Shown: positions 32,565 to 42,619, numbered from the stretch's first letter. The stretch: 64,000 bases of DNA from Synechococcus sp. (GCA_051439605.1 JBFRWN010000017.1:128001-192000); one strand, 5' to 3'. Made by a program: numbers and translations. The notes: generated by a model from the sequence alone, not told the origin.

Positions 32565-33167
32565 ATGAAGACGGTTTTGGTAATTGATGATGACCGGGCG
32601 ATTGTAACCCTGATCGTTAAGTCACTGGAGCGAAAAAACTATCAAGCCATCGGATGTCTGAATGCCTCTGAGGGCATTGAGCAGGCAATTGCACTGAAAC
32701 CAGATCTCATTCTGTGCGATGTGGTGATGCCTGACATATCTGGATACGAGGTGCTCACAATTCTGCGTAGCAACCCTGTGACGCAGTCGATTCCGTTGAT
32801 GTTTTTAACCAATAAGACCCACAAACGAGATGTGATGGAGGGCATCTCTTTAGGGGCCGATAACTATCTCAGCAAGCCCATCGATGCAGAATTATTACTG
32901 GCCACGGTTGCGGCTCGATTTGCCGATCTCGATGAATCCTCGGTTGTGGAAGGTATGCTGGGCAGACCTGGCATCCATCCTGACCTAATTGAACAGTACC
33001 AAGGTTGGTGGGCAGCTGTAGAGCCCACAACAAACCGCTGTTTTCTGGGCAAGACCCGCGAGATGGCATACAAGTCCGCTTTACGGGCGAATCCCACCGG
33101 AGTTTTTCTGTACCAACAATTGGGCAACAGTACAAACGCTCATACCAATCAAACAGTGTACGCATAG
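32565..33167 (+). CDS. Response regulator: receiver + DUF5678-like C-terminal domain
   Basis: IDDD, LCDVVMP, FLT, SKP; tail YQGWWAAVEPTTNRCFLGKTREMAYKSALRANP; start set at 32565 by identity with the paralogue N-terminus MKTVLVIDDD. Confidence 0.85.
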   Translation: MKTVLVIDDDRAIVTLIVKSLERKNYQAIGCLNASEGIEQAIALKPDLILCDVVMPDISGYEVLTILRSNPVTQSIPLMFLTNKTHKRDVMEGISLGADNYLSKPIDAELLLATVAARFADLDESSVVEGMLGRPGIHPDLIEQYQGWWAAVEPTTNRCFLGKTREMAYKSALRANPTGVFLYQQLGNSTNAHTNQTVYA

Positions 33168-33257
33168 CTAGGGTAATTGCGCTATGACTACTGAGAGCGT
33201 TGAGCATGGAAATGGGGAACGTTCTTGAGATAGATTTCGTTTTCTCTCACCTCCCTT

Positions 33258-34445
33258 ATGAAGACGGTTTTGGTAATTGATGATGACCGGGCGATCGTGA
33301 CACTGATCGTGAAGTCGCTAGAGAGGAAAGGCTATCAAGCTATAGGGTGCTGTGGTGCCAGGAAGGGCATCACTCGGGCAATGGTGCTTAAACCAGACCT
33401 CATCCTGTGCGATGTGGTAATGCCTGATATATCGGGTTACGAGGTGCTCACAATTCTGCGCAGCAACCCTGGGACGCAGTCAATTCCGTTGATGTTTTTA
33501 ACTAGCAAGAGTAACCAACGAGATGTGATGGAGGGCCTTGCTTTAGGGGCGGACAACTATCTCAGTAAGCCCATCGATACAGAATTGCTGCTGGCCACGG
33601 TTGCGGCTCGATTTGCCGATCTCGATGAATCCCCTGCCAAGGTAAACAGTTGGAGCAAGCCTGGCATACATCCCGATCTACTTAAGGAATACCAAGGCTG
33701 GTGGGCGGCTTTAGAACCTGAAACGAATCGTTGTTTTCTGGGCAAGACCCGCGAGATGGCATACAAGTCCGCTCTACGGGCAAGTCCCACCGGGCTTTTT
33801 CTGTACCAACAATTGGGCAACGGTCCTCAGAGTAATCCAAAGAAAACAATTTTGGTCATTGATGATGACCAGGCGATCGTGACATTGATCGTGAAATCGC
33901 TAGAGAGACAAGGACATCACGTTATAGGGTGTTGTAGTCCTAAGAAGGGAATCACTTGGGCAATGGTGCTTAAGCCAGACTTGATCCTGTGCGATGTGGT
34001 AATGCCTGAAATCTCGGGTTACGAGGTACTCACAACTCTACGCAGAAACTCTGTAACACGGTCGATTCCATTGATGTTTCTAACCTGCAAGAGTAGCCAG
34101 CGAGATGTGATGGAAGGCCTCGCATTGGGAGCCGACAACTATCTCAGCAAGCCCATCGATACAGAATTGCTGTTGGCCACAGTTGAGGCTCGATTTGCCG
34201 ATCTCGATGATTCCCCTTCTAAGGTAAACAGGGGGAGCAAAGCTGATATCAATCCCGATCTGGTTAAGAAATACCGAGGTTGGTGGGCAGCCGTAGAACC
34301 TGCAACGAATCGCTGTTTTCTTGGGAAGACGCGCGAGATGGCATACAAGTCTGCACTGCGAGCAAATCCCACAGGTGTTTTTCTATACCAAAAATTAGAC
34401 AAAAGTCTTGAGAGTCATCCAAAGAAATCTTTATTCGTAAGGTAG
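33258..34445 (+). CDS. Response regulator with two tandem receiver + DUF5678-like modules
   Basis: Two further closely similar copies of the preceding protein fused in frame. Confidence 0.85.
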   Translation: MKTVLVIDDDRAIVTLIVKSLERKGYQAIGCCGARKGITRAMVLKPDLILCDVVMPDISGYEVLTILRSNPGTQSIPLMFLTSKSNQRDVMEGLALGADNYLSKPIDTELLLATVAARFADLDESPAKVNSWSKPGIHPDLLKEYQGWWAALEPETNRCFLGKTREMAYKSALRASPTGLFLYQQLGNGPQSNPKKTILVIDDDQAIVTLIVKSLERQGHHVIGCCSPKKGITWAMVLKPDLILCDVVMPEISGYEVLTTLRRNSVTRSIPLMFLTCKSSQRDVMEGLALGADNYLSKPIDTELLLATVEARFADLDDSPSKVNRGSKADINPDLVKKYRGWWAAVEPATNRCFLGKTREMAYKSALRANPTGVFLYQKLDKSLESHPKKSLFVR

Positions 34446-35039
34446 GAAAAGTTGTCCCTTACGTCAGGATAAGGGCTTACCCTTCTAGAGTTGAACAAAC
34501 TCTAACAGGTTCCGATTCGGGATGAATTTGAACAGCAGGTACGCAAGCGATTAGGAGTAGCGACAGCCACATCGATTGGAGGATATCTGTGCGATAGCCC
34601 AACTACGGACTCAGGCAGATCCGAGCTGACTTAGTCACGGATATTTTTGTATTGGTCTAGCCTGGTGGAGCCACACAACAAACGCATGGGGTTTATGAAG
34701 AGGCTATCCAGAAAACCCGACTGCAATAAATCCAACTGCCCCCAAAATCGACAAAACTGTCAAAACCGCGCCAGCGTTAGGACTACCTTTCCAAGAATAA
34801 TTTTTGTCTTTCATGAAGCAATAGTGATTTTTATGTTTATAGCTTATTGTACAGGGTTAACCACACAACCATCCGATCGCCCAGGCACTGAGGCCATCTC
34901 AGAGAACGAGACCCCTGACTAGATATAAATCTATTTGTCCTAATTGAGAGGACCGAAGCCATCAGCACTGTAACGGGCCGCTCCTTTCCTTGACACCGCG
35001 CAACGTCCGCTTCTGCCGAGTGCAGTCTGCTAAACAGAA

Positions 35040-35064
35040 GCGTCCATCAGGCAAAGATGGACGC
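35040..35064 (-). terminator. Terminator of DUF3747 gene
   Basis: GCGTCCATC-N7-GATGGACGC followed by TTCTGTTT on the minus strand. Confidence 0.6.
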
Positions 35065-35106
35065 AGTAACTAATGAAACCTGAGGCAAAATATGCAAGCT
35101 TAAATT

Positions 35107-35862
35107 CTAGTTTTGGCTGATGGTGCTGCCTGCTGCTAAGGGTAGATCGCTGGTCAAGTAAATGTGGCCCAACTGCTTGTCACCATAAACGCGACGGGTC
35201 AGTCTCCAACCAGGATTGAGAACAAAGCGGGTATAACCCGTGCTGCTGACCCCGTAGGTGCGGCCAATCTCAATGGGAGGAGCGGAATAGTCTGTGTTGG
35301 AATAACCACGTAGTAGCAGCTCACCATTTTCCTTGGCTACGCGAATGCTGTAATTCAGCCCCAAATCTCTATCGTTCATGCGAATCGAGTAAGCATTGCT
35401 ATCGGCCATGCGGCCACAAATACCTGTGAAGTCAAACGTCATCAACAGAGGGTCTACTTCAATGGGAGCAGTACCGCTTTCATTCCAGCAGGCTTGTGTA
35501 TCGGATTTTTGCTCCACGATCATGAGCAAATAATCACCGGTTTTTCCCCGAGGGACGGCCATCACCACAAAGTCTTCATCTTCTACCTCGACCTTATCGA
35601 AGATAGATGGCTTGATGGCAGTAGCAGCCGGCCTAGAAGGTGATGCCGGGGCTACTTGAGGTTGAACAGGAACAGGCGAAGCCGGAAGATTGATTTCTGT
35701 GGCATCGCTTGAGCTGGGGGCAGAAAAGTCAAATTCAGAGGCTTTGGCCGTTAGAAATGCACCACTCAAAGATGCAACTGACAGAGTGCAACAGATAGCC
35801 AGTAGTTTGGGGTTAGGCACGGTGAGTTCTCCTGGAATATTCATCACATCAACGAGTTCCAC
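35107..35862 (-). CDS. DUF3747-domain exported protein (cyanobacterial)
   Basis: CWNESG, VDPLL.TFDFTGICGR..DSNAYSIR, LNPGWR, LGHIY; start uncertain. Confidence 0.85.
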   Translation of the reverse strand: MELVDVMNIPGELTVPNPKLLAICCTLSVASLSGAFLTAKASEFDFSAPSSSDATEINLPASPVPVQPQVAPASPSRPAATAIKPSIFDKVEVEDEDFVVMAVPRGKTGDYLLMIVEQKSDTQACWNESGTAPIEVDPLLMTFDFTGICGRMADSNAYSIRMNDRDLGLNYSIRVAKENGELLLRGYSNTDYSAPPIEIGRTYGVSSTGYTRFVLNPGWRLTRRVYGDKQLGHIYLTSDLPLAAGSTISQN

Positions 35863-36230
35863 TAGAAAGAACTATTTCAAAAATTCTTCCTAATGGGGAG
35901 TGCTAGTTAGCGCATATTTAGGTTCGATAGGTGCCCATTGGTGTGGATCGATGCCGTAGGCTGGCAGAAGACTCAGCAGGCCAAAAAATGAAACCGATTG
36001 AGTCTCTAAGTATTTACTTCTATCACACAACGATAAGTTCGCTACTGTTTATGGCAACTTTAATGGGGAATAAATCGGTGGGTATTGGACTTTAGAACAC
36101 GCTCTGTCATTGTCGGGGAGAGCGGTCGAGCCGATTCCACCTGCTCTGAAATCCCTCTGAAGCTGGCCCAGTGCAATCCTTTCACCTGAACCAATTGGAG
36201 GAGGTGAAATGTCTGCGATCCCAGCAGGAA

Positions 36231-37205
36231 CTAATCGGCGGATCTGGCGATCGCAATTGCCCTGACAGGTGCCGGATATCCTTCAATAGTTTTGCCCGCA
36301 TCGTTGGGATCGAGAAAATCCTTTAGGGAGTGAAAGGTCATCCAGTCTGTCGATCTTTGCTCCGCCATAGTTGTGGGTGTGATATCGGCAATCTTCACTT
36401 TTTGGAAGCCCGCTTTCTGCAGCCACGACCGCAGTCTTTGAGAGGAAGGAATTGTCCAAATATTGCGCATTTGGGCGTAGCGTTTTGCGGGGATAAGCTC
36501 GCGATCTTCTTCTGTATCGAGCACCAGAGTTTCTAAAACCAGCTGGCCCCCTGGAATCAATGCATCCCTAAGCGTGGCGAGATGTTCGAGGGGATCGCGG
36601 CGATGGTAGAGTACCCCCATTGAGAAAACCGTCTCGAAGACCAAGAGCTTTGCAGGGAGTTGTTCTATACCTAATGGCAAGACATAGGCGTTAGGCCCGG
36701 ATAGATACCGGCGCATGGCCGCAAACTGCATAACAGATACCAGTGTTGGGTCCAAACCCACCACCATCTTTGCCCCCGCCCCCAACATTCGCAGAGCGTA
36801 GTAACCGTTGCCGCAGCCCACGTCTAGCACTCTGCGACCTGTTAGAGGCTGTAGGTGGGGCTGAACCCGCTCCCATTTCCAATCCGATCGCCATTCAGTG
36901 TCGATATGAATGCCAAATAGATGGAAGGGTCCTTTACGCCAGGGGTGCAGAGTCTTGAGCTGCTGTGTCAGCAGGTTGCGAGTGCCATCGTCGATATCTT
37001 CCGGGCTACCAATTCTGACAGCTGTTTGCAACTCAATCTGGCTGGGAGACAAATCGGGCAAGCGAGCCACGGTGGACTGCCACTGTTCTAGATTGTGGTT
37101 GCGGGCAGGAGAGAGGGCAGCAGCAATGTCATCGGGTAGGGTTTGTAGCCACGATCGGGCGGGGGAGCTGGTCAACTGGTCGTAAAGCTGAGAATAGCCG
37201 AACAT
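36231..37205 (-). CDS. cmoB: tRNA U34 carboxymethyltransferase
   Basis: PWRKGPF, IDTEWRSDWKW, LDVGCGNGY, MGVLYHRR, RYAQMRN, TIEGYPAP.RA. Confidence 0.95.
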   Translation of the reverse strand: MFGYSQLYDQLTSSPARSWLQTLPDDIAAALSPARNHNLEQWQSTVARLPDLSPSQIELQTAVRIGSPEDIDDGTRNLLTQQLKTLHPWRKGPFHLFGIHIDTEWRSDWKWERVQPHLQPLTGRRVLDVGCGNGYYALRMLGAGAKMVVGLDPTLVSVMQFAAMRRYLSGPNAYVLPLGIEQLPAKLLVFETVFSMGVLYHRRDPLEHLATLRDALIPGGQLVLETLVLDTEEDRELIPAKRYAQMRNIWTIPSSQRLRSWLQKAGFQKVKIADITPTTMAEQRSTDWMTFHSLKDFLDPNDAGKTIEGYPAPVRAIAIARSAD

Positions 37206-37269
37206 GATGGAACGGTAGAGGGGTGGTTTTGAGTGTAAGACTTAGGGCGATCGCCAAGGAGTCGCAGGG

Positions 37270-38097
37270 GTGGGGCACCATACAGGACCTGAACAGGATA
37301 AGAGCCAAGAACCTCATAGCAGACAAGAACGAGATACCAGATTGCCGCTTCAAGCAAACTCCGCAGCAGGTGCAAGGATATCTAATCTCGAACGAGTGGG
37401 GGATTCGATTGCCTCTACCAATGCGGGCTGGTCGTTTGGGGGCAAAACCAGCGTGAATTTTGAGCAGCATGTACGCCGGTCTGTGCCTCTATACGAAGTT
37501 GGGCACCAACTGATTTTGCAGATCTCTGACTTTTTTCTGGCGGATGGCTCGGTGTGTTACGACCTCGGGTGCGGGACAGGGGAACTGGCAGAACTGCTAG
37601 CCCAGCGGCATGACCAGAAGCAGGTGCAACTGATTGGACTTGATGCTGAGGCAGACATGACACGGCGGGCACATTCACGCTGTCAACCTTACGAAACTAT
37701 CGAGATTCGCTGCGAAGACGCTCTCGACTGCGACTTTTTGGCTTGCGATCTGGTGATTGCCTATTACACGATGCAATTTGTCCGCCCCCAAAACCGACAG
37801 ATGCTATTCAACCGCATCTACAAAGCGCTAAATTGGGGCGGCGGCCTACTGCTATTTGAAAAGGTACGTAGCCCAGATGCCCGCTTTCAGGACATGATGA
37901 CAGCCCTTTACACAGATTTCAAACTGTCCCAAGGGTTTTCTGGGGACGAGATTGTCGCCAAAAGTCGCAGCCTCAAGGGGGTACTGGAACCCTTCTCCAC
38001 CGAGGGTAACTTGGGGTTGCTGAAACGGGCGGGGTTTGAGGATATCACCACTGTTCTGAAATATGTTTGCTTCGAAGGGTTCCTCGCCATCAAGTGA
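37270..38097 (+). CDS. cmoA: CmoA-like SAM-dependent enzyme (carboxy-SAM synthase family, divergent)
   Basis: WSF..F..HVRRSVPLY, YDLGCGTG, TMQFV, GGLLLFEK, DFK..QGFS..EI..K; start uncertain (GTG 37270 or 37396). Confidence 0.75.
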   Translation: MGHHTGPEQDKSQEPHSRQERDTRLPLQANSAAGARISNLERVGDSIASTNAGWSFGGKTSVNFEQHVRRSVPLYEVGHQLILQISDFFLADGSVCYDLGCGTGELAELLAQRHDQKQVQLIGLDAEADMTRRAHSRCQPYETIEIRCEDALDCDFLACDLVIAYYTMQFVRPQNRQMLFNRIYKALNWGGGLLLFEKVRSPDARFQDMMTALYTDFKLSQGFSGDEIVAKSRSLKGVLEPFSTEGNLGLLKRAGFEDITTVLKYVCFEGFLAIK

Positions 38098-38213
38098 TGG
38101 GTTTCTAGATTGCTTCCAGCAACCGATTGCTTTCCTAAGATTGCTGACTTGACTCTCACTCTCCCAAATGTTCCTCGGCTTGTTAATTCGCGTCTATCCG
38201 CAGCTGATTCACC

Positions 38214-39227
38214 ATGTCTGTTTCTCAGTCCACTCGCACCAGTCCCACCGCTTTCGGCAATCAAGAGACTAACTGTGCGAGTTCTCAAACCTCTGTCACG
38301 ATCGCCACATTCTACAAATTTGCACCACTTGCAGAGCTAGAGGAATTGCGCGATCGCCTACAGCAGTTTTGCAATCGAGAAGCAATTATCGGAACCATAT
38401 TGCTGGCTGACGAGGGCATTAATGGCACGGTAGCGGGGTCGCAACAGGCGATCGATACCTTGCTGAGCCATCTAACTCAGCAGGAAGGGCTGGCGGGACT
38501 CAAGGCAAAGCAATCGGTGGCGGAAGACGTCCCATTTCATCGTCTCAAGGTGAAAGTGAAATCGGAAATTGTCACGATGGGCATTGAAGGTATCGACCCC
38601 GGACAGCGCACAGGCATGCATGTGGATGCCCAGCGATGGAACGAACTGCTGCAGGATCCAGAAGTGCTGACCATCGATACGCGAAACGACTACGAACACC
38701 ACATTGGTACGTTTCAGTCAGCCATTTCCCCCAACACCAAAAATTTTCGCGAATTTCCCCAGTTTGTCGATTGCCATCTCGATCCCCAGCAGCATCGCAA
38801 AATCGCTATGTTCTGCACTGGAGGCATTCGTTGCGAGAAAGCCAGCGCTTACCTTCTAGCGCAGGGTTTTGAGGAGGTGTACCAGCTAGAGGGTGGCATT
38901 CTCAACTATCTAGAGCAGCAGCCAGAGGAATCTCTGTGGCAGGGGGAGTGTTTTGTGTTTGATAGCCGCGTGGCTGTCAATAGCGAGTTGGAGCCAGGCA
39001 GTCACATCATGTGCTTCGGCTGTCGCCGTCCCATCTCCCCAAAAGATTGCCAATCTGAGAAATACGAAGCAGGCGTGTCCTGCCCCCATTGCTACGACAG
39101 CCTTTCTGACAGCCAGCGAGCCAGCTTTAGAGAAAGGTGGCGACAGGAGACGATCGCCCGCGATCGCCAGCAAAAGCACGTGGGAGGAGTGATGCCACGA
39201 ACGCAATCGCGCAGCGACTCGTTGTAA
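38214..39227 (+). CDS. trhO: Oxygen-dependent tRNA uridine(34) hydroxylase (rhodanese-domain)
   Basis: FYKF, GTILLA.EGINGT, IDTRNDYE, MFCTGGIRCEKAS, LEGGILNY, WQGECFVFD, C-terminal Cys cluster. Confidence 0.92.
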   Translation: MSVSQSTRTSPTAFGNQETNCASSQTSVTIATFYKFAPLAELEELRDRLQQFCNREAIIGTILLADEGINGTVAGSQQAIDTLLSHLTQQEGLAGLKAKQSVAEDVPFHRLKVKVKSEIVTMGIEGIDPGQRTGMHVDAQRWNELLQDPEVLTIDTRNDYEHHIGTFQSAISPNTKNFREFPQFVDCHLDPQQHRKIAMFCTGGIRCEKASAYLLAQGFEEVYQLEGGILNYLEQQPEESLWQGECFVFDSRVAVNSELEPGSHIMCFGCRRPISPKDCQSEKYEAGVSCPHCYDSLSDSQRASFRERWRQETIARDRQQKHVGGVMPRTQSRSDSL

Positions 39228-39444
39228 AACTCTGTTGGTTGCATGAACATCTCTAAGGCGGAGCGCTGCTTGAGCGTAACGTAACCGGGGTTAGGGTGCA
39301 GATCGCACCATTTTCAATCTGGCTGGAATGAGTATTGCCGGTTTGCCTGAAATATTGATATCCAATGTTGCTGATTGGCAACGTGCTGGTGACTGATTTG
39401 GTAGGCGGGCTGGAATTATCAGGCAGACTGAATGGCAAGCAACC

Positions 39445-41004
39445 GTGGAGGTTCGAAAAGCATTGGAGCAACGGCAAGCAAGTCCTACCCCCCTTTCCCT
39501 CAAGCGATCGCCCATGGGGTTGTGGGTCGATCGACTGATGGCGATCGTGGTGTTGGTAAACGTGGGCTGGGTGTTTTTCGATCTGACCTACGTGCGCTGG
39601 CGGGATTGGTACGTTCAGTATTTGCCTGCTGTCACCCAGCGGTATGACCCGATAAAGGGAATCGAACCCCACCGAGTCACCGTTCGCTATTTGCAGACGG
39701 TGGACAAACTAGAAGCGGTGTTGATTGCCGAAAGCCCGATTCCAGCGGAGGAGAGTGAAACTGAAGTGAGTGCTTCTGAAGGCGAGACAGCAACTGAAGG
39801 GGGTATTGAGGAGACAGACGTAGGGGAAGGGGCGACCGCAGATGCAGCCGATCCGCTAAATAGTTTGGCAACTCGATTGTTGTTAGATACGTTACGCACC
39901 CAAAGTGTGGAAATGATCGATGACAACCCTTTCGAGCTATCTGAGAGGTTGGGGGCATTCGAGCGGGCCAAAAATCGCATGCGCGAACGCATTGGACAAG
40001 AATCCTCGAAGGTGGCCTTTCAGACCTTTTGGACGGTAGAGCATTTAGAGCAGGAGGGGTGGAAGGAAGGGTTGGACTTCTTCAACCGTCAAATTCGACC
40101 CCAGTTCGATCTCAACTTTTATCGAAGTCTTGATGAGACGGGTCAGTTTGTGGAGGGCTTTTGGAGGATCGATCGCTGGTTCATGGCGGTCTTTCTACTG
40201 GAGTTTTTATTGCGTACCTGGAGGATTTGCCGCCAATACCGTAACGTCAGTTGGCGGGATGCCATGTTGTGGCGGTGGTTCGATATCCCGTTACTACTAC
40301 CTGCTTGGCGCTGGCTGCGGGTGCTTCCCTTGACGGTGCGATGGGGGGAGGCTCGGTTCGTCAACGTGAGTCCCATTCGGCTGCAGGTGGTGCGTGGCGT
40401 CAGCGCCTATCTAGCCACGGAGATGACTGAATTGATAGTTGTACGAATCATCGATCGGGCGCAGGCCAGTATCCGCAGCGGTGAAATCGCCAATCGCCTG
40501 CTGGAAAGTCCCGAGCGACAGGCGTTCATCGATGTCGATGGAGTGGATACGGTTGCTTCGATCGCCGATCGAATCGTGCAGGTGTTGGTGTATCAGGTGA
40601 TTCCGCACATCCAGCCCGAACTGGAAGCACTATTGGTCCACAGCTTGGCGAGCACTTATATCAACACCGTCCTGTACCAAACTTTAAAGAGTTTGCCAGG
40701 GTTTGAGACACTGCCTCAGCAGCTGACGCAGCAAGTGGCGCACCAATTGACTGCGGGGCTGGCTCAAACAACGATCGCCATTGTCGAGGACGAGCAGGGA
40801 CGAGAACTCTACGATCACCTAGTAGAGTCCCTACAGGAGGCGCTACGGCGGGAGTTGACAGACACCCGTACCGTAGAGCCGTTGAAAACCTTATTGGTGG
40901 ACTTACTAGAGGAGGTGAAGCTGAATTACGTGCAACAGATGCAAGAGGAGGATATGGAGCGTTTGTTGCAGGAGGTGTCAGATATTAGAGCCAGATCGGA
41001 ATAG
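39445..41004 (+). CDS. Conserved hypothetical membrane protein with ion-transport-like TM segment
   Basis: FDLTYV.WRD.Y, YDPIKGIEPHR, FLLEFLLR, WRWFDI, WLRVLP; acidic insertion. Confidence 0.7.
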   Translation: MEVRKALEQRQASPTPLSLKRSPMGLWVDRLMAIVVLVNVGWVFFDLTYVRWRDWYVQYLPAVTQRYDPIKGIEPHRVTVRYLQTVDKLEAVLIAESPIPAEESETEVSASEGETATEGGIEETDVGEGATADAADPLNSLATRLLLDTLRTQSVEMIDDNPFELSERLGAFERAKNRMRERIGQESSKVAFQTFWTVEHLEQEGWKEGLDFFNRQIRPQFDLNFYRSLDETGQFVEGFWRIDRWFMAVFLLEFLLRTWRICRQYRNVSWRDAMLWRWFDIPLLLPAWRWLRVLPLTVRWGEARFVNVSPIRLQVVRGVSAYLATEMTELIVVRIIDRAQASIRSGEIANRLLESPERQAFIDVDGVDTVASIADRIVQVLVYQVIPHIQPELEALLVHSLASTYINTVLYQTLKSLPGFETLPQQLTQQVAHQLTAGLAQTTIAIVEDEQGRELYDHLVESLQEALRRELTDTRTVEPLKTLLVDLLEEVKLNYVQQMQEEDMERLLQEVSDIRARSE

Positions 41005-41289
41005 GGGCCGATACGCAGTCAAGCTTGAGTTTCTAAATTTCTTAAGTCTCTCAAGAGCAATGTTTCTAAGGGCAAAATTTCCAAAGGGTAACGTCTCTAA
41101 CCGGTCTCGTCTCGGCAAATGGAGAGTGATTGCAGAGTTCCCATGTACGGCAAACGCACCCCAGCGAAAGCCATGGGCGATTGCCCATCGCTATAATTTA
41201 AGTAGTCTCTTAGACCGTTGAGAACGGTCAGCCTAGTTGCAGAGGCCGAATGATTCACAACCCGTTTTTTCACCGATTTACCACCGTTT

Positions 41290-42415
41290 ATGGAAACAGC
41301 CGAACTAAGCCGCTCCCTCGAGGCATTAGACTCTCGCCTGGGTAAAGCCCAGGACTATCTTTGATGTCCCTGCCCTCGAACAACAAATAGCCGTCATGGA
41401 GCAGGAAGTCTCTCAGCCCGAGTTTTGGGGTGATGCCGAGGCTGCCCGCAAGTCCATGCAAAAGCTGAATTCCCTCAAGCAGCCGCTCGAACAATTGAAA
41501 GATTGGCGATCGCGTCTTGAGGATGCGCAAGCCATCCTGGAGCTGCTGGAGGAGGATGACGATCCTGCTTTACGCGATGAAGCTGAGCAGGCTGCTTCCA
41601 CGTTGGTGAACGAGCTGGACGCCTGGGATTTACAACAGCTGTTGTCTGGCCCCTTCGATCGCAAGGGGGCTATGTTAACCATTACAGCTGGTGCTGGTGG
41701 TACAGACGCTCAGGATTGGGCAGAGATGCTCCTGCGCATGTACGTCCGCTGGTGCGAAAACCAGGGATACACGGTCAGCACGCTAGAACTGTCGCAGGGG
41801 AACGAAGCAGGGATTAAGTCCGCCACCATTTCGGTGGATGGGGACTATGCCTATGGCTATTTGTCAGCAGAGAAAGGCAACCACCGCATGGAGCGTATCA
41901 GCCCCTTTAACGCCAACGGTAAACGCCAAACGAGTTTTGCTGGGGTCGAGGTTATGCCCATTCCCGATGAGGAAGCCGAGTTCGAGCTGAAGCCCGACGA
42001 GCTGGAGTTCGAAACTTCTCGCTCGGGGGGGGCGGGGGGCCAAAACGTCAACAAAGTTGAAACCGCCGTACGGGTGGTGCACAAACCCACCGGAATTGCG
42101 GTGCGCTGCACCCAAGAGCGATCGCAATTACAGAACAAAGAGCGGGCTCTGCAAATTCTCAAGGGCAAGTTGATGGAGCTGGAGGAGGAAAAGCGCCAGC
42201 AAGAATTGTCGGAAATTCGCGGTGAAATGGTCACCCAAGGGTTTGGGGGACGCATCCGTACCTATACTTTCGACCCCTACAAAATGATCAAAGATCACCG
42301 GACGGGGGTAGAAACTCATAACGTCGATGGCTTTATGCAGGGGGATGCTGACGAGCTGGCTGCGTTTATCCAAACCTATTTGCGTCAAGTCAATGGTGTG
42401 GGAATGGAAGAGTAA
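41290..42415 (+). CDS. prfB: Peptide chain release factor 2 with programmed +1 frameshift
   Basis: ORF0 [24 protein letters not shown] ends CTT TGA at 41359-41364; +1 frame GAT GTC CCT joins the 41396 ORF, which carries SPF and GGAGGQ. Confidence 0.96.
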
Positions 42416-42601
42416 GGCGGTGTCTGGAATTCGATCCGTTCTTAAACTGGGCCAGCTACCGTTCATACTAGCTAGACTGAACACTTTGACATCGAGCGGA
42501 GAGTGGATGGCAGAGAGCTCACATTCGATGACTGTTTAGGTAGTATCTTCGAATGTTATCTTTGCCCTTAAGTTGCATTTGTGGCAGACAGTCAAGAGAT
42601 A

Positions 42602-42619
42602 GTTACAAAACTTGACTTT
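42602..42619 (+). promoter_or_regulatory. Probable HLR1 site overlapping a -35-like TTGACT upstream of hli
   Basis: GTTACAAA-AC-TTGACTTT (8/8 and 6/8 match to the HLR1 half-site). Confidence 0.5.

Noticed and set aside
34450..35030. Possible ncRNA or 91-aa ORF between convergent genes
   Set aside because: I could not match it to a known RNA family by eye and the ORF looks non-coding; an Rfam scan would be needed.
41290..41395. prfB as a pseudogene or sequencing error
   Set aside because: The in-frame TGA sits in the classic CTT-TGA programmed +1 frameshift site.
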